Of a stretch of DNA of 42,277 bases, positions 1 through 8,094 are shown in pieces (the first letter of the stretch is position 1; the number at the start of each line of letters is the position of its first letter). The notes beneath the pieces are model-generated. The model was not told where the DNA came from. It searched no databases and saw only the letters and a list, made by a program, of their open reading frames with translations. The position numbers were made by a program, and so were the translations under genes. The stretch comes from Candidatus Falkowbacteria bacterium RIFOXYC2_FULL_47_12 (GTDB lineage Bacteria; Patescibacteriota; Patescibacteriia; Patescibacteriales; XYC2-FULL-47-12): contig MFGL01000020.1 in assembly GCA_001778285.1 (NCBI GenBank), positions 36,881-79,157 on the forward strand, in the 5' to 3' direction.

Positions 1-440
1 AAAATAGTCTCCAGATGCCCCAACTTCTGCTTTAGCAAATGTCCCCAGCTTGACGCCAAGGTAGCTTGAAACAGTTCATTCCGAGTTTGTTCCTCATAGT
101 CGGTATTGATTTTTATCTGAATGTAAGAAAAGACGGCCAGCACGATTGCCTTTCCAATAAACATAGCGCAAATAAAAAGCAATAAATATACCAGGTTAAA
201 ATCAACGTGCGCTATAGCAAAAGCTTTGCGAATGACGCGAGAGATGAAATCACTGCCCTGCTCGCCGCCGGTGATGAACGAAAACAGAGGAATGATGGCG
301 TTGATGCCTACGCCTTCCAAAAGACCGCCGACAAAGCCAAGCAGCGTTAAAACAACTATTTGCCAGCGGTAGCAGCCAAACGCGCGCCGGGAAAGGCTGA
401 TAATGTCATGAATTCTATTATCGGTAATGATAATTCGCAT
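1..440 (-). CDS. ABC transporter, N-terminal transmembrane domain (MsbA/PglK-like exporter), runs off the left edge
   Basis: Not in the ORF track. Manual translation from ATG at 440 gives MRIIITDNRIHDIISLSRRAFGCYRWQIVVLTLLGFVGGLLEGVGINAIIPLFSFITGG...LVYLLLFICAMFIGKAIV...YEEQTRNELFQATL, open to the window edge. The 'LLEGVGI..IIPL' pattern is typical of glycan-cluster ABC exporters. The ATPase domain is not visible. Confidence 0.75.
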   Translation of the reverse strand, partial: MRIIITDNRIHDIISLSRRAFGCYRWQIVVLTLLGFVGGLLEGVGINAIIPLFSFITGGEQGSDFISRVIRKAFAIAHVDFNLVYLLLFICAMFIGKAIVLAVFSYIQIKINTDYEEQTRNELFQATLASSWGHLLKQKLGHLETI

Positions 441-452
441 AGTCTGTATTTA

Positions 453-2033
453 TTACCAAGAAGCGTCCCAATCACCGACTATATCGGTTACATCAATAAA
501 TTTATAACGGGTCTTATTGGCGGAAACGGAGTCAGAGAAATAATTCCTGTCTTCGAGCAACGGCAAATTTGTTCCGAAGTATGTATTGAAAATAACCCGA
601 AACGAATTGACCGGCGTCATGGTATCATAGAGATGGCTGTCGCCGCCATTGGGCAAATAAAGCGCGTTAAAATTACGCATCCGTTCGCTATAAAGATGAT
701 TATTGGCGGTATCTTCGCCGGCGGTTGACCAGGAGCCATGATCGCTCTGGATTATAATAATCGGCGGCGTTTTTGACTTGGCTAAAATCTGATTTACGGT
801 AACTTCCACTTTTTTATTAAGAAAAGTTACCTGATCCGCATAGCGCTGTTTTATGTCCGGCCCCCAGCCACCAATATCCTCTGGCTTGAGGCGAAAAGCG
901 GTACCAGCTACATTTTCGCCATTAGGACCGAAGATAAAAGGCGGATGGGGCGAAAGTATATGGGCAAAAACAAATTTCGGCCCAACGATTTTATTAAATT
1001 CCGGCATATTACCCAACTGGTCAAATGTGTAAAGTATCCGCTCGCGGTAATCCCCTAATATATAAGAATGAATTGGTGGGTACAAAAGTCCGACGCGCAA
1101 CAACGAACTGTTAACAATTAGCATGGTAAGTTCGTTAAATTTTCCGCCTTGTAGCTGGACATCAGCGTACGGGTTTGAACTGGTCGCTCCCCAGATTGAC
1201 CGGAAAGTAATATACTTATAACCTTGGCTGCGTAAAAACTGCCAGACCTTATTGTTTTCAATCAGTTGGGTAGTGGGTTCAAAATCTTTATCCTGGCTCG
1301 CCGGTTCATCTGCCAAATAATTTAAATACTCCATATTGAGCGATGAGGCCAATGACAGTTGGGTAAATGCAAAATTACTAGTACTTTTATCAACTAAATA
1401 AAAACCTTTACCATGAAGATAGGAAAGAAAGGCACTGTTATCATAGTTAAATAGATTTTGCAGAGTATGGAAATTAGCATAGCCATCTAAAATAATATAA
1501 TAAATATCCGGCTTGGCGGCGGCCAATTTATCAGGGGAAACTTCCGCTGTCGGCGGCAAATTGGCTGGCTGGCCATTATCATTAAAAACATGAGGCACTA
1601 CGGTTATGGCTGACGTAAGTACCAGTACCAGCGCCACCATATTTAAAAACTGCTGCAATGCTTTTAAGGGGCGGCGAGTAAAAAATATGAAAGCCGTGCC
1701 GGCTAAAAATACAACAACATATTCCGATAAAAGATAACGGGCCCGGCCAATTTCTATATTCCAAACAAAAACGCCGACTAATGCATCATAAATATAACCA
1801 TAAGACCAGAAAAGCAACAAGCAGAATGATGTCATAATTGCGGCTTTGACTGTGCTTTTGCACAAAATCCGCATTAATAGAAGAATAACGGCCGTGGCTG
1901 AAATTGTCAGGCCGAGTGGTGCAAAAATATCAGATACCTTGAGTTCCGTCGGATTTTGCGCCAAAAAAAACATGAATGGAAAAATCGCCAATAATACAGG
2001 GTGGAAAATTTTGGTTAACCGGGTAAAAATCAT
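453..2033 (-). CDS. Membrane-anchored alkaline phosphatase/sulfatase-superfamily protein (LTA synthase-like / NoeB-like)
   Basis: About five N-terminal TM helices, then a soluble domain with PDIYYIILDGY, a Thr at the nucleophile position (FTQLSLASSLN), HILSPHPPF and IIQSDHG. Confidence 0.8.
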   Translation of the reverse strand: MIFTRLTKIFHPVLLAIFPFMFFLAQNPTELKVSDIFAPLGLTISATAVILLLMRILCKSTVKAAIMTSFCLLLFWSYGYIYDALVGVFVWNIEIGRARYLLSEYVVVFLAGTAFIFFTRRPLKALQQFLNMVALVLVLTSAITVVPHVFNDNGQPANLPPTAEVSPDKLAAAKPDIYYIILDGYANFHTLQNLFNYDNSAFLSYLHGKGFYLVDKSTSNFAFTQLSLASSLNMEYLNYLADEPASQDKDFEPTTQLIENNKVWQFLRSQGYKYITFRSIWGATSSNPYADVQLQGGKFNELTMLIVNSSLLRVGLLYPPIHSYILGDYRERILYTFDQLGNMPEFNKIVGPKFVFAHILSPHPPFIFGPNGENVAGTAFRLKPEDIGGWGPDIKQRYADQVTFLNKKVEVTVNQILAKSKTPPIIIIQSDHGSWSTAGEDTANNHLYSERMRNFNALYLPNGGDSHLYDTMTPVNSFRVIFNTYFGTNLPLLEDRNYFSDSVSANKTRYKFIDVTDIVGDWDASW

Positions 2034-3415
2034 AGTCTTTGCATTAAATAAAGCGTTCGCTCGGAACCAACAATAGATTCCTGCGCCGCAATAGTAAAAT
2101 AATTTTTAAACTCCCGTTCAAACGCGTTTTTGTTGTAATCGGGAAATATATCCGGCCGAGTAACAAGCAGCTTTTGCGCTTGGGAGTCTGATTTTGGGAC
2201 AAATTCAATAATCAGCTGTCTGGCAATTTTACTAAAAAATGAGGCAATGTGGCCAAGCGGCAAATTATTGGAAATAGCCAAGTGATGTACTAGCGCCAGC
2301 GCCAGCGCGCAATCAGCCGGGCCACGCTTGATGAGAGAGTCACGCTCTTCATTGCTCCAGCCGAAATTCGGACTAGGGTTGGTGATATCAATGAGTAAGG
2401 GCAGAAGATGCTTGGTCTGGTCGTGCCGCAGACGCAGATAATTTTTTTCCACTGACGCTGGGTCATAATCAAACGAGACAGTAAGCCGACCGCTGCCACT
2501 GGCTAAACGGCTGAAAGTGCCGTCGTTGGCGCCCACATCCCAAACTTTTTTAGCTCCACTTTTCTCTAAAAATTCTGTAACCAGACGCTTCTTATGCGCA
2601 AAAGATTCATCTGAATAATTTGTAGCCGTGTAATATTCAGCCCATTCAGTGCCGGCTGGCTGCCAGCGCAAACGCCGCACCAGGGACTCTAAATTATCAA
2701 TCAAGCCCAAAAGCGAGGTCTTGCCCATTGAATAACGAGCTATGTTGGCTGATTTACCGGCAAAGTGCGCTTGGCTTTTCGCGTGCAAATGAATATGCGA
2801 AAGCAATCCGAATGAAGCGTAGGTGCGAACAGGCAAAAGCTTACTGGCTAAATTCAAAGGAATGCCGTCTATATAAATTCTAAACCACTGATTAAGACGT
2901 ATATCCACATAACTCATGATAGCCAAAGGAGCCAAAAAATGCTGGCAAAATTGGCGATAAGCGATCCAAGGCGTTCCGGGAATATATTGTTCAAACGAAA
3001 GCGTATCAATCATAATGGGTTGGCCGTCCAGAAATTGAATATTGTAGGCACTGGCATCTTTGAGTATTAAACCGTGCTCCAGTGCGCTTTTTTGAATAGA
3101 CAGCGTCAATAGAGCCGCGTCCTTTAACTGACTAAAACTCCATTCAAAAGGGTAGGAAATAAAAGGAACCATGTTTGGCTGAATGACTTTGTATGTACTG
3201 TCCTGTTGTAATGATTCTGTCAGCGGCAATTCTTTATGTTCAATCAGCCGTCCGGAGGAAACGAGTACGTTGTACAAACCAGACGTCATGAGCGCATCGT
3301 AATGTTTTTGATAAATTTTATTTACCTGGCGACGCAATTGTCCGCTTTCCTGGTCAATATACATAAATCCGCTCGGATCACGGAACGAACTGGAATGGAT
3401 GCTAAAACTACGCAT
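2030..3415 (-). CDS. NoeA-like protein: N-terminal kinase-like domain + C-terminal class I SAM methyltransferase
   Basis: N-terminal SSFRDPSGF and FISYPFEWSF are recognised from NoeA-like proteins. It also has LKDASAYN...IDTLS, SAM motif VWDVGANDG and ALALVHHL. ATGA overlap with the downstream gene. Confidence 0.8.
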   Translation of the reverse strand: MRSFSIHSSSFRDPSGFMYIDQESGQLRRQVNKIYQKHYDALMTSGLYNVLVSSGRLIEHKELPLTESLQQDSTYKVIQPNMVPFISYPFEWSFSQLKDAALLTLSIQKSALEHGLILKDASAYNIQFLDGQPIMIDTLSFEQYIPGTPWIAYRQFCQHFLAPLAIMSYVDIRLNQWFRIYIDGIPLNLASKLLPVRTYASFGLLSHIHLHAKSQAHFAGKSANIARYSMGKTSLLGLIDNLESLVRRLRWQPAGTEWAEYYTATNYSDESFAHKKRLVTEFLEKSGAKKVWDVGANDGTFSRLASGSGRLTVSFDYDPASVEKNYLRLRHDQTKHLLPLLIDITNPSPNFGWSNEERDSLIKRGPADCALALALVHHLAISNNLPLGHIASFFSKIARQLIIEFVPKSDSQAQKLLVTRPDIFPDYNKNAFEREFKNYFTIAAQESIVGSERTLYLMQRL

Positions 3416-3439
3416 GCAAATAGTGATAATAATAAGTAT

Positions 3440-3703
3440 CTATTTCTGCTCTAAAGACTTTTCGGATTCTTCGGCTGCCGACGGCGTTGGCGCAATTTTT
3501 GCCTTACGGCCGCGGCTCAACATTAATCGCAGGCGCTGCCAATATACCTTAACCATAAAAATGCCGCCAGCGATAAATGCAATCGCAAGCTGGATAAGAT
3601 AGCTGCCGGTACCGGCGTCCAAATACGCATAAACGTTATGAGGAACAGCCAGGGCATATACGACTATAATCAGAATAAAAACGTAAACGTTGTAACTTGC
3701 CAT
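3440..3703 (-). CDS. Small membrane protein with AYLD(A/P)GTGS motif
   Basis: 87 aa: hydrophobic N-terminus ending VYA, then YLDAGTGS, a second TM helix and a basic tail. Fills the gap between two genes on the same strand. Confidence 0.75.
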   Translation of the reverse strand: MASYNVYVFILIIVVYALAVPHNVYAYLDAGTGSYLIQLAIAFIAGGIFMVKVYWQRLRLMLSRGRKAKIAPTPSAAEESEKSLEQK

Positions 3704-3741
3704 ACGAAATATATTAATAAGTAAAGGGCGGACTGTCTGCT

Positions 3742-3750
3742 ATTATATCA
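3742..3750 (-). promoter_or_regulatory. Extended -10 promoter (TGATATAAT) for the small protein / NoeA-like / sulfatase / ABC genes
   Basis: Minus strand reads TGA-TATAAT, overlapping the upstream stop codon, about 40 bp before ATG 3703. No good -35. Confidence 0.45.
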
Positions 3751-4497
3751 TATTGCCGCAAAACCGTTATTGTTTCGGGTAATCATGCGCTCGGCAATGG
3801 CACGCTCATCGGGCGTGTCAATTTCCACCCACTGCGGATAGCCCAGATCTACCATGGCGACAGCGCCGCGACGGGCGGCATACGCCAAAATCGCTTCTTC
3901 CACGTGCGTCTGTTGCGGGTTGCCCTGTGCAAGAACCTCGGTAGCGCTGGCAAAAAATGCCGGTACGATTTTTTCCGGGCAGTACAATATGCTGTTGAAA
4001 TAGTACTCATAATCCGTCAGCCCCTTGGCCATAGCAACTAGATGATTGTGCTGGTCAACTTTTACCACCATATCAAGCTGTACGTCATCCGATTCGTCGT
4101 CAGTACCGAATATTTTTATCTGATCGTCAAGGTGCCCTCTGATTTTTTTAGCAATATCTGCGTGGTAAATATAGTCGCCGTCGTATGAAAGAAAGCCGCC
4201 GGTAATTTCCGGCTGCGCTTTCATTAAGCTTACCATGCGCTGCGTCGTACGGTACTCCCTGTTTTCAACCATCACGACTTTTTTATCAATGGCAATAACC
4301 GCAGCGGCCAGCTGGTCAAACAAATAACCTCCCACTACCACGATTTTTGCCGGATTCAGCGCGCGCGCAAATGCCAATGAATACTCAATAATCGGCTTGC
4401 CTGCCACCAACGTCAGGGCTTTTGGCTGATCTTTTGTTAAATCACCTAAGCGCGTACCCATACCGGCGGCTAAAATTATTACGGTTAATTCTTTCAT
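3748..4497 (-). CDS. Nucleotidyltransferase, LicC/IPCT-like (phosphocholine or inositol-phosphate cytidylyltransferase family)
   Basis: ILAAGMGTRL...PKAL, YDGD and WVEIDTPDE motifs. Confidence 0.85.
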   Translation of the reverse strand: MKELTVIILAAGMGTRLGDLTKDQPKALTLVAGKPIIEYSLAFARALNPAKIVVVGGYLFDQLAAAVIAIDKKVVMVENREYRTTQRMVSLMKAQPEITGGFLSYDGDYIYHADIAKKIRGHLDDQIKIFGTDDESDDVQLDMVVKVDQHNHLVAMAKGLTDYEYYFNSILYCPEKIVPAFFASATEVLAQGNPQQTHVEEAILAYAARRGAVAMVDLGYPQWVEIDTPDERAIAERMITRNNNGFAAI

Positions 4498-4513
4498 ATT
4501 GATTACTTGATGC

Positions 4514-6382
4514 TTAGTAGCTAAGTTCTAAGGCACGGCTAATTAATTCCGGAGGACACGGAATGCCGAATTCGCCCTTGATTTTCCAAACCCTCCCTAT
4601 ATACTCTAACAATACCATTCTCATGTCAGTGGTCCGGGTTTTTTTGTTATAACGCAAAGATTCTAAAATCACATCACGTCCTATGGTCGGTGGAATCTGA
4701 TACGGTAGATTATATTTTTTAAAAATATCTTCATGCGCCTTGACCGTTTCCGGCGGCGTTACTTGCATGAGATGCGCTAACTCCGCAGAAACGCGCATAC
4801 CAATAGCAATGGCCTGGCCGTGAGTATATTGAAAGTTAGATAAAAACTCAATTGCATGGCCAACTTCATGACCGTATTGCAAAATCATCGCCCGCTGGTC
4901 TTCAAACATGTCTTCGTGCATTAACTCTATTTTTAATTTTATAGTATCGGAAATAACTCGGGTAATAAAACCAACATCCTGCAGATTACCGTCGTAACCC
5001 AGCAAATAATTAAACAGTTCTTTACTCTGGCCAACGGCGTGTTTTATAGCCTCTGCCAAACCATCACGCACCAGCGCATCCGGCATAGGAATTGCCGGGT
5101 CAATGACTACCATTAATGGCTGGTAGTAACTGCCGACTAGATTCTTGCCCTTTTGTCCGTTGATTCCTTGTTTCAAACTAACGGACACGTCCAGCATGCT
5201 CATTAATGTTGTCGGCAAGTGAATCAAGCCGATGCCGCGATATAGGGTAGATGCCAAAAAACCCGACAGATTAGCCACCACTCCCCCTCCTAAGGCAAAA
5301 ATAATTGATTGTTCGTCAATGCCCAAGGCGATGATTTTTTCGGCTAAATTATTATAAACTTCCATGCTTTTGGCTGACTCATCGGCCGGCACTACCAATT
5401 TTGTTACTTTATAACCGGCTTCTTTTAACTGCGCCTCCACGGCTTCGCCTAAAATAACATTAACGTTGGCATCGGTAATGAGAATATGATGGGAAGCGGT
5501 GCGCTCCGGCGCCATTAATCTAATCCGGGAAAGTTTACTAATGATGCCCGGCTCAAAAATAATATCGGTTGTTTGCTCCCGGCGATATCTAAAAGCAAAA
5601 GCAGGGGCGACTGATTTGAGATTTCCGACCTGGACATTAGTGTGTCGCCTCGACAAATGCTGGCTGCGCAAAAACATCTCCGCCCGCATTAATGTCACCG
5701 GAGTATTAATGTCAAACCAAGTTGTTTCCGGCATCTGGGTCAACCGAATAAAACCTCGTTTGTTTAAATGATCCAAGATTTCCGCAAATGACATTTCAGC
5801 AGACGCACCCTGCAAGACATCGGCTAATTTGGCTAAACCGGCCTTGGTAAAATAATACACGCCGGCGTTGAAAGCGTTATAATCAGGCATGTCCTCGCCT
5901 CCAAAAACAGCCTGACCGAATACGCTGGTTTTGACCGTCATACCGGCGCCGCAAAATCTGTTAGCGGCGATATTTTTGTCTATCATAACCTCAATGTCAT
6001 CTTTTTTAGTGAACCACTTGAAAGGATTGTCTTGAAAAATCAAATCGCAGGAAGTAAGAAAGCAATCGTCAGCCACCGCTTCCACAACCGCTTGCAATGA
6101 ATTGACTAAACTAAAGCCGGTGCCACGCCTGTCTATGAAAATTAATTCCGCGCTGCTCATGTTTTGCAGAACGCTTTTCACTTCAGATGCGTAATTATCA
6201 ACCGCGATATAGATTTTGGTTACCCCTGCTTCCAACAGCCTCTCAATTTGGTACATAATTAACTGTTTGCCAAACGCCAAAACTAACGGCTTAGCAACGT
6301 TAAGCTGATTCAGCCTCTGCCCCTTTCCGCCGGCTAATATCACGCCGACCGTTGTTTGATTGGAATACGATGCGCTTGACAT
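4514..6382 (-). CDS. Fusion: NTP-transferase + sugar-phosphate cyclase (DHQS superfamily, 2-deoxy-scyllo-inosose synthase-like)
   Basis: N-domain ILAGGKGQRL...KPL and WFDINTP. C-domain ALGGGVVANLSG, HLPTTL..MLDVSVSLKQGIN, KNLVGSYY, GLAEAIKH, YGHEVGHAIE and THGQAIAIG, so the three metal ligands E/H/H are present. Confidence 0.85.
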   Translation of the reverse strand: MSSASYSNQTTVGVILAGGKGQRLNQLNVAKPLVLAFGKQLIMYQIERLLEAGVTKIYIAVDNYASEVKSVLQNMSSAELIFIDRRGTGFSLVNSLQAVVEAVADDCFLTSCDLIFQDNPFKWFTKKDDIEVMIDKNIAANRFCGAGMTVKTSVFGQAVFGGEDMPDYNAFNAGVYYFTKAGLAKLADVLQGASAEMSFAEILDHLNKRGFIRLTQMPETTWFDINTPVTLMRAEMFLRSQHLSRRHTNVQVGNLKSVAPAFAFRYRREQTTDIIFEPGIISKLSRIRLMAPERTASHHILITDANVNVILGEAVEAQLKEAGYKVTKLVVPADESAKSMEVYNNLAEKIIALGIDEQSIIFALGGGVVANLSGFLASTLYRGIGLIHLPTTLMSMLDVSVSLKQGINGQKGKNLVGSYYQPLMVVIDPAIPMPDALVRDGLAEAIKHAVGQSKELFNYLLGYDGNLQDVGFITRVISDTIKLKIELMHEDMFEDQRAMILQYGHEVGHAIEFLSNFQYTHGQAIAIGMRVSAELAHLMQVTPPETVKAHEDIFKKYNLPYQIPPTIGRDVILESLRYNKKTRTTDMRMVLLEYIGRVWKIKGEFGIPCPPELISRALELSY

Positions 6383-6387
6383 AAAAA

Positions 6388-7146
6388 TTAAGATAATATT
6401 GTTTGCTCAAAACGTTTGGTTAAACCGCTGACATACAATACCTGCCGGACAAAATGGAACGAAAATATGAAACAAAATCCGGCCATGAACAGCCACACAA
6501 AAACATCCAGACGGTTAAATAATGCGCACAGCAGTAAGGGAAACACCATGCCAACCGAACTGAAAATGTTACGATTAATGAAAAAAGATAACCGTCGCCG
6601 CCAGGTCTGTCGGACTTGCGGCCGGGATGCGCCAGCTGAGGACATTGCCGGTTCCAGTCCCAAATACTGCTTTAACCCTAAAAAACGGAATTCTAAAAAC
6701 CTAATCCATAGCTTAAAAATAGTGGCGAAATAGCCGACGTAGATAATAGACGCGCCGTATCCGGCTCTACATAAGCCAATGGTTAAGGGGATGAAAAGCA
6801 AGCCGTACTGAATGTCGTGGCTGACCGGCTCCACGTACGCGCCGGCACGGGTTTTGTTGCCCTTTAAACGCGCGATTTCTCCATCGCAGGCGTCAAAAAT
6901 AATAGAGAAATAAATAAGCGCCACGCCCGCCAAATTGAACCAGTAATCGTTAAAAATAAACAAAGAAATGCCGCTGATAAAAATCAAAACGCTGATAACG
7001 GTAATCTGATTAGGCGTGAGCGGTGTTCGTGCCAAAACGCGCGTCAGGTAAATTGACCAAAAGCGCACGGTACGGCCGACGTACGTTTCGTGTCCGCCTT
7101 CCGGCGCGCTTGCCTGCAACTTTTGTCGCCACTCCCTAGTGCTCAT
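6388..7146 (-). CDS. CDP-alcohol phosphatidyltransferase family protein
   Basis: TPNQIT and DACDGEIAR...GAYVEPVSHD, with multiple TM helices. Start placed at ATG 7146 (MSTREW); ATG 7164 is possible. The track start at 7251 overlaps the upstream gene. Confidence 0.85.
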   Translation of the reverse strand: MSTREWRQKLQASAPEGGHETYVGRTVRFWSIYLTRVLARTPLTPNQITVISVLIFISGISLFIFNDYWFNLAGVALIYFSIIFDACDGEIARLKGNKTRAGAYVEPVSHDIQYGLLFIPLTIGLCRAGYGASIIYVGYFATIFKLWIRFLEFRFLGLKQYLGLEPAMSSAGASRPQVRQTWRRRLSFFINRNIFSSVGMVFPLLLCALFNRLDVFVWLFMAGFCFIFSFHFVRQVLYVSGLTKRFEQTILS

Positions 7147-7153
7147 GCTGGTA

Positions 7154-8092
7154 TCACCTGTCATATGTATTAAATAATTGATAAAAATGCGACGGAGATA
7201 TTTTTTTGAAATCTTGGTACACTTGATAGAAGTTAGTGGTGATAAAATCAAAATATTTTTTTGACGTCCTTCCGTTCACGTACATGTAAAAATCCATAAA
7301 GATATGACTTAAAAAAGCAAACCCAACAACTTGGTACAGCTCACCTTGTTCACGTGGAGAAAGGGAACGATTTGCAACATACCCATTATAAACTTCCCGC
7401 GCTGTTCGTATGTTAAAGTCCTTTCCCTGCGCTCCAAACCAAACCATACTCTTTGCCAAATCAAGTAACCAGGGGCCGACATATGCATTGTCAAAGTCAA
7501 TCACGCCGCTTAAATTTCCTTTCTCAAATAATACATTACTCGGTTTAACGTCAACATGGATTGGGCCGGTTGGCAGCTTGGAGCTTACTTGATGATCTAA
7601 AATTTCTTCTTTTATTTGTAGTAACAGTGCCGGCCGCGGCGTTTTTTTTGCCAGACAAAAATTATACACTCTCTTAATTTTGACAGTTGGGAAATCGTAG
7701 AACTTTTCTCTTGCGCCAGAAAAACGAAATCCCCCGCCCTGTGCATGAAACTTGGCCAGAAACTCCCCTACCTGAAATAACTGCCGACGGTTAAAAATTT
7801 TTAAATTTCTGCCGGGAATGTACTGATAAATAATAGCGTACTTTCCGTCTATCCTAAAAATCATCTTGCCATTGTACGTCATTATATTGGGTACCGGCAA
7901 TGTCTTAATATAATCCAACAAGGCTATATCGGCTTTTATCTGTTGCAAAGGTTTACGGCGATATATTCTTAGAATAGATGTCCCATCTCGGGTGTCTACC
8001 CGGTAACTTTCATTAACCGCCCCGCCGCGGTATTTTTTTATCTTTACCGGCTGGCTGCCTGGCCACCATTTTTTTATTTCTGCTGTGTGCAT
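7154..8092 (-). CDS. Small-molecule kinase, homoserine kinase type II / aminoglycoside phosphotransferase fold
   Basis: GGAVNESY, ILRIY, Brenner motif IHVDVKPSNVLF and VIDFD. Start at ATG 8092, just past the upstream stop at 8095. Confidence 0.85.
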   Translation of the reverse strand: MHTAEIKKWWPGSQPVKIKKYRGGAVNESYRVDTRDGTSILRIYRRKPLQQIKADIALLDYIKTLPVPNIMTYNGKMIFRIDGKYAIIYQYIPGRNLKIFNRRQLFQVGEFLAKFHAQGGGFRFSGAREKFYDFPTVKIKRVYNFCLAKKTPRPALLLQIKEEILDHQVSSKLPTGPIHVDVKPSNVLFEKGNLSGVIDFDNAYVGPWLLDLAKSMVWFGAQGKDFNIRTAREVYNGYVANRSLSPREQGELYQVVGFAFLSHIFMDFYMYVNGRTSKKYFDFITTNFYQVYQDFKKISPSHFYQLFNTYDR

Positions 8093-8094
8093 AT

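Noticed and set aside
360..728. 122-aa plus-strand ORF
   Set aside because: Antisense to two well-supported genes, with no motifs.
4514..5600. aroB (3-dehydroquinate synthase) call
   Set aside because: It lacks the DHQS GG..GD and GGKT signatures, is fused to an NTP-transferase, and no other shikimate genes are in the window.
7147..7251. N-terminal extension of the CDP-alcohol phosphotransferase ORF
   Set aside because: It overlaps the kinase 3' end by about 100 bp. A downstream ATG fits better.
7154..8092. thrB or aminoglycoside resistance gene
   Set aside because: Only the fold motifs match. The context points to a pathway-specific kinase, so no symbol was assigned.
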